32,000 nt of DNA from Synechocystis sp. PCC 6803 substr. PCC-P (GCF_000284455.1 NC_017039.1:2100001-2132000), one strand, 5' to 3'; shown: positions 17,894 through 25,994, counted from the stretch's first letter. Program-made: numbers and translations. The notes: generated from the sequence alone by a model not told the origin.

Positions 17894-18973
17894 TCACGAT
17901 GCTTTGCCCATGGCCTCTAGCCAGCGATAGTTAGAGGCGATCGCCGCTTTGAAGGTGGGATAAACTTTATATTCCACACCAAACTCTTGGCAAACATCCT
18001 TAATAATATTTTCCAATTGGGGATAGTGAATATGACAAATATTGGGGAAAAGATGGTGGGTAACTTGGTGATTTAAACCGCCACAAAACCAGTTCCAAAA
18101 GGGATTATTGGTGGCAAAATTGGCCGTGGTACGAATTTGGCAAATAGCCCACTCGTCATCAATGGCACCGGATTCACCATCGGGGGTGAGAAATTCAGTT
18201 GATTCCAACACATGGGCCAGCATAAAGATGGTGCAAACCACGATGCCATAGGTCATATAGGTTACCGAAGCACCAATTAATACTTCAGGAATGGAAAAGC
18301 CCAGAGCCAGAGGTAAGCCGAAAACGTAGCCGAGCCATAATAGCTTAATCCCTAGCAAACTAGCTAATTCTAGGGGCTGGAAAGGAGGAATTTTATGGTC
18401 GTGATATTTGCCTTTATTAAGCACTAGGTAGACATCGTAGAGAAACCAATAAAAGGGAATGAAAAGATATAAACCCCAAATATAAAATTGCTGGAAACGA
18501 TAAATACCAACATGTTCTTGTTCAGGACTCATACGTACTGCGCCATCTCCATGGATTTCCACGTCATGGCCAAGAATATTGGTGTAGGTGTGGTGCAAAT
18601 AGTTGTGGCGATAGCGCCAAAGAAAACTAGATAACCCGACAAAATCGTAGGTCATGCCCAGAACCCGGTTGATGTGGGGATTGGAGGAATAGGCATTGTG
18701 GTTGGCATCGTGGCCGACATTGAAGGAAAAGGCCGCCAAGGCGATCGCCAAAACCATACAACCCAGTAGGCGCACCGGAAAAATAACTGGAGCAAAAAGC
18801 ACAAAGGCCCAAGCGGAAAACAACCAGAGCACAATAATCAGGGTTTTCAGATACATGGAGGGATTATCCCTTTGGGTCAGGCCATGCTCGGCAAAGTAGG
18901 CATCCACCCGTTGGTTTAGTACCCGACGAAACCCCCGTTTCTGGGTAAATTTAATTCTTTCCGCTGTTAGCAT
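17894..18973 (-). CDS. desD: Acyl-lipid delta-6 fatty acid desaturase (front-end desaturase without a cytochrome b5 fusion)
   Basis: 359 aa. It has three histidine boxes: HDANH, HNYLHH and QVTHHLF (the Q-x2-HH form is typical of front-end desaturases). Four TM segments are present. Length and sequence match my memory of Synechocystis DesD (sll0262). Confidence 0.93.
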   Translation of the reverse strand: MLTAERIKFTQKRGFRRVLNQRVDAYFAEHGLTQRDNPSMYLKTLIIVLWLFSAWAFVLFAPVIFPVRLLGCMVLAIALAAFSFNVGHDANHNAYSSNPHINRVLGMTYDFVGLSSFLWRYRHNYLHHTYTNILGHDVEIHGDGAVRMSPEQEHVGIYRFQQFYIWGLYLFIPFYWFLYDVYLVLNKGKYHDHKIPPFQPLELASLLGIKLLWLGYVFGLPLALGFSIPEVLIGASVTYMTYGIVVCTIFMLAHVLESTEFLTPDGESGAIDDEWAICQIRTTANFATNNPFWNWFCGGLNHQVTHHLFPNICHIHYPQLENIIKDVCQEFGVEYKVYPTFKAAIASNYRWLEAMGKAS

Positions 18974-19004
18974 TTATAAATTTAAATAGATAAAAAACTT
19001 TCAC

Positions 19005-19010
19005 ATTATA
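19005..19010 (-). promoter_or_regulatory. Candidate -10 box (TATAAT) for desD
   Basis: A perfect TATAAT on the minus strand lies 32-37 nt upstream of the desD ATG (18973). No good -35 hexamer is seen at 17-bp spacing. Confidence 0.35.
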
Positions 19011-19467
19011 CCGCCATTAACTACAAAAAAACTCCAGCGCCGGGGGAGACTAAAAATTTATTCCAACTGGGAGTCCATTGCTAGAATTTTAGTCTGCCTT
19101 CTACAGTGAGTCATCAAAGCTCTGGCAATATTGGGATAGTCTGTATATGATTTTGCCTAAAAATGGGGGAGTTAGCCGACTTGGAGAAAATACTCTCTAA
19201 AGGCAGCGGAAAAACTCCCTAGAGCAGATGCCTGGGAACCATGGTCACAATATAAAACCGAAGTGAAGCTTTTATTTTATCTGACTTTTTTGCACCGCTG
19301 TTTAGCAGTAAAACTCAGTTATGAATTAAACTTATTTTGCTACTTTTTGAGCTTAATTTCTTTTGGAAGTTATCCTCTGCTGTTGGTTAACTTAAAAATA
19401 CTAAACATAGACAAAGCGTTCTTTCTTGATCACCATTGGGCCGAGTCAAGAGTTCCATCCCCCCATG

Positions 19468-21174
19468 CTAAACCAAAAAAGAGTCCAGAGGATCAGCAGT
19501 GGCACGGGGCGATCGCCAAAGTTGCTCTAGGGCAGTGGCGGGCATGGTTAAATACAACACGTCTCCAGAGTCGAGATGGGTACCCAATAATTCCCAGCTA
19601 TGGATGGTTTTGCCACCCCGTTCTAGATAGAGGGGAACGAAATCAGACTTTTGGGCTGCAATTTTAACCAATTGGTCGGCAAAGGGATGGTTAGGAGTGA
19701 TTAAGGTGGCTAGGGCTACCCACAGCAAATCATCGGTCATGCCGTTGCCCAAAATTTTGCCCCCCAGGGCCGCCGCCGCAAAGGAATAGGTGGCCAATTC
19801 CGCCGGACAAAGCACCGTTTCAAATTCAAATACTTCCTGCAGGGACAGGCTAAACTGGGCATCCTGGCAACGCAACACCACTGGCAGGCTAGGGGCGATC
19901 GCCTTGGCAGTTAGGCCAATTTCCAAGTTAACGGTGTCGTCGCTGGTGGCCACCACAATGGCTTCGGCTCGGTTGATATTGGCGCAGGCCAACGTTCTTT
20001 CTAGGCGGGCATCCTCCACAATTACGGGCACCCCCAGGGAGCGGGCCGTATGCAAGAAACGATTATCTGTATCCTTTTCGATTACCACAATTTCATGGCC
20101 CTGGTGAATTAACTCTTCAATAATGGCCATGCTCACTCCCCCCAGCCCACAAATGATGATGTGATGGCGATCGGGTAACTTGGCCGCATCCAAAAACTGA
20201 CTAAAGCGACTGCCAAGGATGAAATCATTCAGTAGGGCATAACAAATACCAATCACCCCCGCCCCGGCGATCATCATCACCACTGTGAATACTTTGATGA
20301 TATCGGGGGACTTTTCGGCCACCTCTTCCTTGCCACCGGCCCCGGTAATCATGCCCACGGAAAAATACAACGCGTCCACTGGGGCAATATGTTGATCAAT
20401 GGAAACGTAGATGAAGGTGGCCAGAAAAATCATCAACAATAAAAACAACACCACCCATATCACCTGTTGGACATACCGCTGATACTCCCGCAGGTTGGTA
20501 ATCAGTTTGGAAAATTTGCGCCAAGGCGATCGCCGTTTGGTCTTGGGTTGGGGTTTTTGTCCCACTATTAAATGGTCCCCAGATTGCAACGTTAAATTAT
20601 TCACCACTGCGCCTACTAAATCCGTTTCACTGTGGGCCGGTAGGTAATAGATCAACATTCGGCTCGGATCATCCCATAAATCCGCCAGGGGTAAATTGAG
20701 CCAGGGATGGTCTTGGTGAATGACAATTTCCTGAATGGGCCAAGTCTGGTCAAACAAACGCAATTGCCCGATCGCCTGATTGCCCAAAGCCGCAAAGGAA
20801 AAAATCGGGGCCGCCAGGGCGGAAACACTCAAACTAACGTGGTCTGGCAAGGTGGTGTCTAAACGTTTACCCAGGGCATGGTTGAACAAACGATTAACAA
20901 TGCGAATGCGGGGATTCAGAATACGGGCCTGGGTCAGAATGGCCAAATTCAAGGCATCGTCACTGGTGGCTAGCACCAAAGTTTGGGCAGTGTGGATAGC
21001 GGCCCTAGTCAGAGTAGCAGTGGAATTCAGTTGCCCCACCACAATATTGCTGGGATTTTCCCCTGGCACGGGGCGATCGGAAACGCCAATCACTTCCGCT
21101 CCCTGTTGTTTAAGCAGGCTAAAAATTCGATAACCCGTTTGCCCCAAACCACAAACGATGATGTGCGGTTTCAT
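19468..21174 (-). CDS. Ion channel with RCK(TrkA-N/TrkA-C) - 2TM pore - RCK(TrkA-N/TrkA-C) architecture
   Basis: 568 aa. There are two Rossmann GxGxxG starts (IIVCGLGQTGYRI and IIICGLGGVSMAI). The central section has M1 (VIWVVLFLLLMIFLATFIYV), a pore helix and filter (DALYFSVGMITGAGG) and M2 (IIKVFTVVMMIAGAGVIGICYALL). Confidence 0.8.
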   Translation of the reverse strand: MKPHIIVCGLGQTGYRIFSLLKQQGAEVIGVSDRPVPGENPSNIVVGQLNSTATLTRAAIHTAQTLVLATSDDALNLAILTQARILNPRIRIVNRLFNHALGKRLDTTLPDHVSLSVSALAAPIFSFAALGNQAIGQLRLFDQTWPIQEIVIHQDHPWLNLPLADLWDDPSRMLIYYLPAHSETDLVGAVVNNLTLQSGDHLIVGQKPQPKTKRRSPWRKFSKLITNLREYQRYVQQVIWVVLFLLLMIFLATFIYVSIDQHIAPVDALYFSVGMITGAGGKEEVAEKSPDIIKVFTVVMMIAGAGVIGICYALLNDFILGSRFSQFLDAAKLPDRHHIIICGLGGVSMAIIEELIHQGHEIVVIEKDTDNRFLHTARSLGVPVIVEDARLERTLACANINRAEAIVVATSDDTVNLEIGLTAKAIAPSLPVVLRCQDAQFSLSLQEVFEFETVLCPAELATYSFAAAALGGKILGNGMTDDLLWVALATLITPNHPFADQLVKIAAQKSDFVPLYLERGGKTIHSWELLGTHLDSGDVLYLTMPATALEQLWRSPRATADPLDSFLV

Positions 21175-21472
21175 AACGTCCTAAAAAAAGGGGAATCTGA
21201 AGGAAAAAAATGTCACCGACGGTAAGCCTTATCCCAGGGCCGCTGGAACTGGTTAAAACTCACCAAACTGCCCTTTGCTAGCCCGGCCATTTCATTGTCT
21301 CCATTCTCTCCAGACAACGCTAGCAAAACTGTCACCGTTCAATCATTTTGCTCAACTCGGCGATCGCCCTAGCCCCAGCATCGTACTGAAATTGATCTGC
21401 CAATCATTGCGGCCAACGTTTAAGATGGGGGCATTGTTTTAGTCCACCATTGTAATTACCAACGGAGGGAAA

Positions 21473-21823
21473 ATGTTACAACTACTTATCGTCTGGATTG
21501 TCACCTCAGTCAGCCTGCTGATCATTGCCCAACTGCCCACAGGGGTAGAAATCTCCAGCTTTAAAAAAGCCCTCATTTCTGCCGTCGTTATCGGTTTACT
21601 CAACGCCCTAGTGCGTCCAGTACTGACGTTTTTCACTTTTCCCCTAATTTTTCTGACCTTTGGCCTGTTTTACACCGTAGTCAACGCCATCATCTTTGCC
21701 CTTGCTGCCGCTTTTGTAGATGGTTTTAGCCTCCGCTGGGGCTTTTGGAGCGCTCTCATTGGCGCCATTCTGCTGGGATTTATCAACTCTCTCCTCTTCC
21801 AATTACTACCCATCAGCAGCTAG
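21473..21823 (+). CDS. Small integral membrane protein, YvlD/DUF360 (Phage_holin_4_2) family
   Basis: 116 aa with 3-4 TM helices. The core LISAVVIGLLNALVRPVLTFFTFPLIFLTFGLFYTVVNAIIF closely resembles B. subtilis YvlD-type proteins. A GGAGGG Shine-Dalgarno sequence lies just upstream. Confidence 0.8.
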   Translation: MLQLLIVWIVTSVSLLIIAQLPTGVEISSFKKALISAVVIGLLNALVRPVLTFFTFPLIFLTFGLFYTVVNAIIFALAAAFVDGFSLRWGFWSALIGAILLGFINSLLFQLLPISS

Positions 21824-21930
21824 TCCACAGTTTGACTTAGCTATGACATTGGCATTTCAAAGTATCTAATTAATGCGGTGGGGTTGATTCTAACTTCACC
21901 GTTTTCATCTGTTCTTGCAAAAATTAAAAA

Positions 21931-22800
21931 TTGTTTGAGGGAAAAATTTTGCAAGTTACCATTAACCAAGCTAAATCTATCCTCAATAAAGCTACTGGTT
22001 TTATTCAGGACTACGATTTCACCCTCAATCCCTATCGTGGTTGTCAGTTCGGTTGTGACTATTGTTATGCTTCGGCCTTTAGTCCCAACTCTCAACTAAG
22101 GGCTAATTGGGGAGATTGGGTAATGGTAAAAGAAAATTCAGCAGAATTATTGGTGAGTGAACTAGAGAGAATTAGTAAAAAATATGACCGTCCGATTCGG
22201 ATCTATATGAGCAGTGTGACCGATCCCTATCAACCAATTGAAAAAGAAGTACAAATAACAAGAAAAATTCTCGAAGTATTAGTTAAATATCAACCCATAC
22301 TAGTCTTACAAACCCGTAGTCCCATGGTTGTGAGAGATATTGATCTTTTAGGTCAATTTCACAAGCTGAGAATTAATATTAGTATTCCCACCGCTAGCGA
22401 AAAGGTGAGAAAAGATTTTGAAAGTCGCTCTCCCAGTGTTAAAGCTCGCTTACAAACAGTGGAAAAACTCAGACATCAACTTCCTTCTGATGACAGTTAT
22501 CAAATTAAATTTGCCATTACCATGACCCCCCTGTTACCGTCCTATGATGAAGATTTACCCCAGTTTATTGAACAATTAGCCACAGTTGACAGGATAGTTA
22601 TACAGCCATTTCACAGCAGTAAAAATCAATCTTTAAAAGCTTCCACTCCAGCCAAAGCTATAGAATTAAAAGAAAAATATCAATGGTGGTATGTAGATGA
22701 AGATAAGAATTATCATAATCTATTCAAAAAATTAGAGTTACTCAATCAATACTATGGTGTAGAAATTTTTGAAGGCAGAGAAGGTTTTGGCTATGATTAA
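21931..22800 (+). CDS. Radical SAM enzyme, SplB/COG1533 ('DNA repair photolyase'-like) family
   Basis: 289 aa. The family-typical N-terminus is KSILNKATGFIQDYDFTLNPYRGCQFGCDYCYA, containing the CxxxCxxC cluster motif. No in-frame ATG follows the stop at 21922-21924, so the start must be the TTG at 21931 or the TTG at 21949. The gene is very AT-rich. Confidence 0.8.
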   Translation: MFEGKILQVTINQAKSILNKATGFIQDYDFTLNPYRGCQFGCDYCYASAFSPNSQLRANWGDWVMVKENSAELLVSELERISKKYDRPIRIYMSSVTDPYQPIEKEVQITRKILEVLVKYQPILVLQTRSPMVVRDIDLLGQFHKLRINISIPTASEKVRKDFESRSPSVKARLQTVEKLRHQLPSDDSYQIKFAITMTPLLPSYDEDLPQFIEQLATVDRIVIQPFHSSKNQSLKASTPAKAIELKEKYQWWYVDEDKNYHNLFKKLELLNQYYGVEIFEGREGFGYD

Positions 22801-24073
22801 TCCGATCAAGGCTGTCAAAGGCTTATGGCAGTTAAAAATCATAAAATCTGAAATTGCTCGCGGCAATACCAAACTAGCCCAACACTTAATTTTAGCCAGA
22901 AAAAAGCAAGGTTATAGGCTAACTCTTTTAGAAAAGTTATTTCTAGAAAATCAAAACTATCAAGCAAAAGTCCGGCAAGCTACTGACTATATATTTCAAC
23001 AAAGCTCATCAGTAATTCAGCAAAAATTTCCGATAAAAAAACAGCTAATACAGCAAGTCAGCCAATCTTTTCGCTTAATTGACCATGACGGTTACAAAAT
23101 CGAATGTACGGGTATTAAAACTTCAATATTTGCAAAATTAGAAACTGAGTTAGTTCATTTTCTGGAAAAAATCATTGCCGATAGTGGATTAAATGATAAT
23201 GAAGCCAAGAAAAAAATAGACGAAGCCCATCGAGATTTAAATGGGTTGAAAAAGGGACTAGATCCAACCTATGACAAAGCCTTTAGCCCCCATGTGTACT
23301 TAATAAAATATTTTTTGGACAATGTTTATTGTAGCTATCTCGCCTATTTTTTTATTTATCAAGCTGGATATCTTCCCAAAAATATTACGATTCTTGATAT
23401 TGCCGCCGGCCCAGCTACAATGCTATTCGGTTTATCTTTATTTCTAGAATCTTTAGCTCAACATCAAGAAATTAGTGATTTTAATTGCTCTTATTATTCT
23501 CTAGAAAAGGAACGTAATTTACAATACCGAGGCCTACAATTTTGGCGACAGTACATTAACGAACTTAAATTCCCGCCCAATATTTTTTATCAATTCAATA
23601 CAGTCAATATTTTTGATTATGACAACTATCGCCATAAACTACCGAAGGAATTTTTTAATTTGATTATTATTGCCCATTGTTTTTTCTACCAAGGGGAAGA
23701 TAGAAGTAAATCTTTGGATATTTATCGATCAATTTTCAAGCAATGTTTAGAACCGGATGGAAAAGTTCTATTGGTTATCCAAGGCAATAAATTTTATAAG
23801 ATGTTTGACACTTATCCTGATGAAAATTTAGCGAAGGAGAGAGATTTAATCAAATCATTTTTAGATTGCCTCGGTTTGCGATTGATCCTTTATAAATATT
23901 TTACTTCAACTGGCAAAAGAACCAATAACAAGGAAGACTTCAAGCAATTTATCCAAGGGGATCTGCCGGAGCGTCCCCAAATTTCCAAACTGCAAGAAAA
24001 GTACTTCGGTTATTCTTCCATGAGTAAATATATTATTGATGACTTTGTTATCTATGCAGAGAAACAAGTTTAA
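22793..24073 (+). CDS. Class I SAM-dependent methyltransferase (Rsm22-like motif context) with an unknown N-terminal domain of about 190 aa
   Basis: SAM-binding motif I is ILDIAAGPATMLFGL, followed by NLIIIAHCFFY and DGKVLLVI strands. The ORF is open from a TTG at 22769. The ATG at 22793 overlaps the radical SAM stop codon region (ATGATTAA, 8-nt overlap). The gene is AT-rich and Lys/Asn/Ile/Phe/Tyr-rich. Confidence 0.75.
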   Translation: MINPIKAVKGLWQLKIIKSEIARGNTKLAQHLILARKKQGYRLTLLEKLFLENQNYQAKVRQATDYIFQQSSSVIQQKFPIKKQLIQQVSQSFRLIDHDGYKIECTGIKTSIFAKLETELVHFLEKIIADSGLNDNEAKKKIDEAHRDLNGLKKGLDPTYDKAFSPHVYLIKYFLDNVYCSYLAYFFIYQAGYLPKNITILDIAAGPATMLFGLSLFLESLAQHQEISDFNCSYYSLEKERNLQYRGLQFWRQYINELKFPPNIFYQFNTVNIFDYDNYRHKLPKEFFNLIIIAHCFFYQGEDRSKSLDIYRSIFKQCLEPDGKVLLVIQGNKFYKMFDTYPDENLAKERDLIKSFLDCLGLRLILYKYFTSTGKRTNNKEDFKQFIQGDLPERPQISKLQEKYFGYSSMSKYIIDDFVIYAEKQV

Positions 24074-25416
24074 TTATCTGTTTCAGACTCTTCCTCCGTT
24101 GTAGAAGAATCCTCCGGCAGTTGATTGACTAATACTTTATCAATACGGATACCGTCCATATCCACCACTTCTACTCGGAGAGTATCGGAAACAAAATAAT
24201 CACCGGATTGAGGAATTTTGCCCAAGCTTTCGATCACAAAGCCGCCGAGGGTATGGTAGTGGCCTTCCTCTTCGTTGGAGAGGGTTTCAATGTCAAAAAT
24301 TTCCTTAAATTCATCAATGGGCAGTAAGCCATCGAGCAGGTAGGAACCGTCTTCCCGTTGAATGATTTGGGGCTCTTGAATTTCGTCGTCATTGGGGATA
24401 CTTCCCACGATCGCCTCGATGAGGTCGTTTAGGGTGACTAGGCCTTCAATGCCACCATATTCATCCGTAATTAGGGCCAGGTGGGTACCGGAAGCCCGGA
24501 ACATTTCCAACACATGGAGAGAGCGGGTATTTTCCGCCACAAATAGGGGCGGCTGAACAATTTCCTCCAGGTTGATTTTTTGTCCTGACCACTGGCTATT
24601 GAGAATGTCTTTGACCCGGACAAAACCTAGGCACTCGTCCAGACTATCCCTACCCACGGGAAAACGGGAATAGGGTGTGTCCAGAATTTCCTGTTGGTTT
24701 TCTTCCCAGTCCGACTCCACATCCAACCAGGCGATCGCCGTGCGGGGAGTCATCAAAGTTTTAACGGGGCGGTCCCCCAAGCGAAAAACCCGTTCCACCA
24801 TTTCCTGCTCTGCTTCATCAATCATGCCGGCCTGGGCCCCCTGCTCGATCATGACCCGGATTTCCTCTTCCGTGATCGGGCTAGCTTCCTTACTGGTAAT
24901 ACCAAATAGCCGTAGTACTGCATCGGTGGAGACCCCCAAAAGATAAACTAGGGGCGCTGTCAACTGGGCTACTAAATGCATCGCCGGGGCCACTCCACAG
25001 GCAATGTGTTCCGGATGGCTGAGGGCAATGCGCTTAGGCACCAACTCCCCCACCACCAGGGATAAATAGGTAATGAACCCCACCAACAGAGAAATGCTCA
25101 GGGGGCCGGCATAGGGGGCTAAGAGGGGAATATCGTCCAAAAACTCCGCCAGACGCAGGGCCACCGTTGCTCCCCCCACCGCACCGGTTAAAATGCCAAT
25201 CAGAGTAATGCCAATCTGCACCGCCGACAGAAAATTATTGGGGGCTGTGGCCAGCTTCAGTGCCAGCTTTGCTTTGCGATTACCCCGCTTTGCCAACTGT
25301 TCCAAACGAACTTTACGAGCTGAGACTATGGCAATTTCCGAGCCAGAAAAAATTCCATTTAACACCACCAAAACGAAGATGAAAAAAAGTTCCAGCTCAA
25401 CAGAAGAGGAAAACAT
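24070..25416 (-). CDS. CNNM/DUF21 - CBS pair - CorC_HlyC domain protein (TlyC/'hemolysin' family, putative divalent cation efflux)
   Basis: 448 aa. It has an N-terminal DUF21 membrane domain (LNGIFSGSEIAIVSARKVRLEQLA), a CBS pair and a C-terminal transporter-associated domain (GGFVIESLGKIPQSGDYF...VEVVDMDGIRIDKVLV). An acidic tail follows. Confidence 0.88.
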   Translation of the reverse strand: MFSSSVELELFFIFVLVVLNGIFSGSEIAIVSARKVRLEQLAKRGNRKAKLALKLATAPNNFLSAVQIGITLIGILTGAVGGATVALRLAEFLDDIPLLAPYAGPLSISLLVGFITYLSLVVGELVPKRIALSHPEHIACGVAPAMHLVAQLTAPLVYLLGVSTDAVLRLFGITSKEASPITEEEIRVMIEQGAQAGMIDEAEQEMVERVFRLGDRPVKTLMTPRTAIAWLDVESDWEENQQEILDTPYSRFPVGRDSLDECLGFVRVKDILNSQWSGQKINLEEIVQPPLFVAENTRSLHVLEMFRASGTHLALITDEYGGIEGLVTLNDLIEAIVGSIPNDDEIQEPQIIQREDGSYLLDGLLPIDEFKEIFDIETLSNEEEGHYHTLGGFVIESLGKIPQSGDYFVSDTLRVEVVDMDGIRIDKVLVNQLPEDSSTTEEESETDN

Positions 25417-25660
25417 TCAATTTTTAGGGATAGAAATCCGGTAGGCCGGGGATAAATTTAGTGGGGAGTGGCTGACGACAAACATCAATCATAGAAGAAA
25501 ACATCCCGACTGTCTGTGCTCCTGAGTCAGTTTGTGCCCGGGGGAGAGTTCGGAATCCTTGACCCCATTGGGAAAGCCCTGGTGCCATGGCTATCTGCGG
25601 CGATTGAGCTGGGCCCCTGAAAATTTACGACCCTAAAAATTCTGGCCCCAAAAAATAGGT

Positions 25661-25666
25661 TAGAAT
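25661..25666 (+). promoter_or_regulatory. Candidate -10 box (TAGAAT) for rpsP
   Basis: TAGAAT starts 45 nt upstream of the rpsP ATG (25706). Only a weak -35 (TTCTGG) is present, at short spacing. Confidence 0.3.
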
Positions 25667-25705
25667 GATAAACGCGAAATTTTTCCCAGTCTATTTTTAT
25701 TTAGT

Positions 25706-25954
25706 ATGATTAAACTCCGTCTAAAACGCTTTGGTAAGAAACGTGAAGTTAGCTATCGGATCGTTGCCATGCACAGCACCACCCGCCGGGATGGTCGCCC
25801 CTTGGAAGAATTAGGATTCTATAATCCCCGCACCGATGAAACTCGCCTTGATGTACCGGCGATCGTCAAAAGATTAAAAGAAGGTGCCCAACCCACCGAC
25901 ACCGTCCGCTCCATTTTGACCAAAGCCCAGGTTTTCGAACAGCTAAAAGCTTAG
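25706..25954 (+). CDS. rpsP: 30S ribosomal protein S16
   Basis: 82 aa. [21 protein letters not shown]...LGFYNP is the canonical bS16 sequence. Confidence 0.95.
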   Translation: MIKLRLKRFGKKREVSYRIVAMHSTTRRDGRPLEELGFYNPRTDETRLDVPAIVKRLKEGAQPTDTVRSILTKAQVFEQLKA

Positions 25955-25994
25955 TGCCGGTTTTTTCCGTGGTGTTTACCAACGTCTGCCCCCT

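Noticed and set aside
19025-19048. Intrinsic terminator (hairpin + T7 on the minus strand) between the channel gene and desD
   Set aside because: The stem is only 4 bp (CTCC/GGAG) with a 9-nt loop, and it lies 420 nt from the upstream stop codon. I mention it in the spacer finding but do not annotate it as a feature.
19263-19667. 134-aa plus-strand ORF (GTG start) in the AT-rich spacer, running into the channel gene's 3' end
   Set aside because: The N-terminal half is a low-complexity Leu/Phe/Tyr run caused by AT-rich DNA. The C-terminal half is antisense to the channel gene.
21841-22095. 84-aa minus-strand ORF overlapping the radical SAM gene start
   Set aside because: It is antisense to the region encoding the conserved CxxxCxxC motif, so the radical SAM frame explains the sequence.
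25548-25558. tRNA-like T-loop sequence GTTCGGAATCC
   Set aside because: The flanking bases do not form a T-stem, and no acceptor, D or anticodon arms can be drawn, so this is not a tRNA gene.
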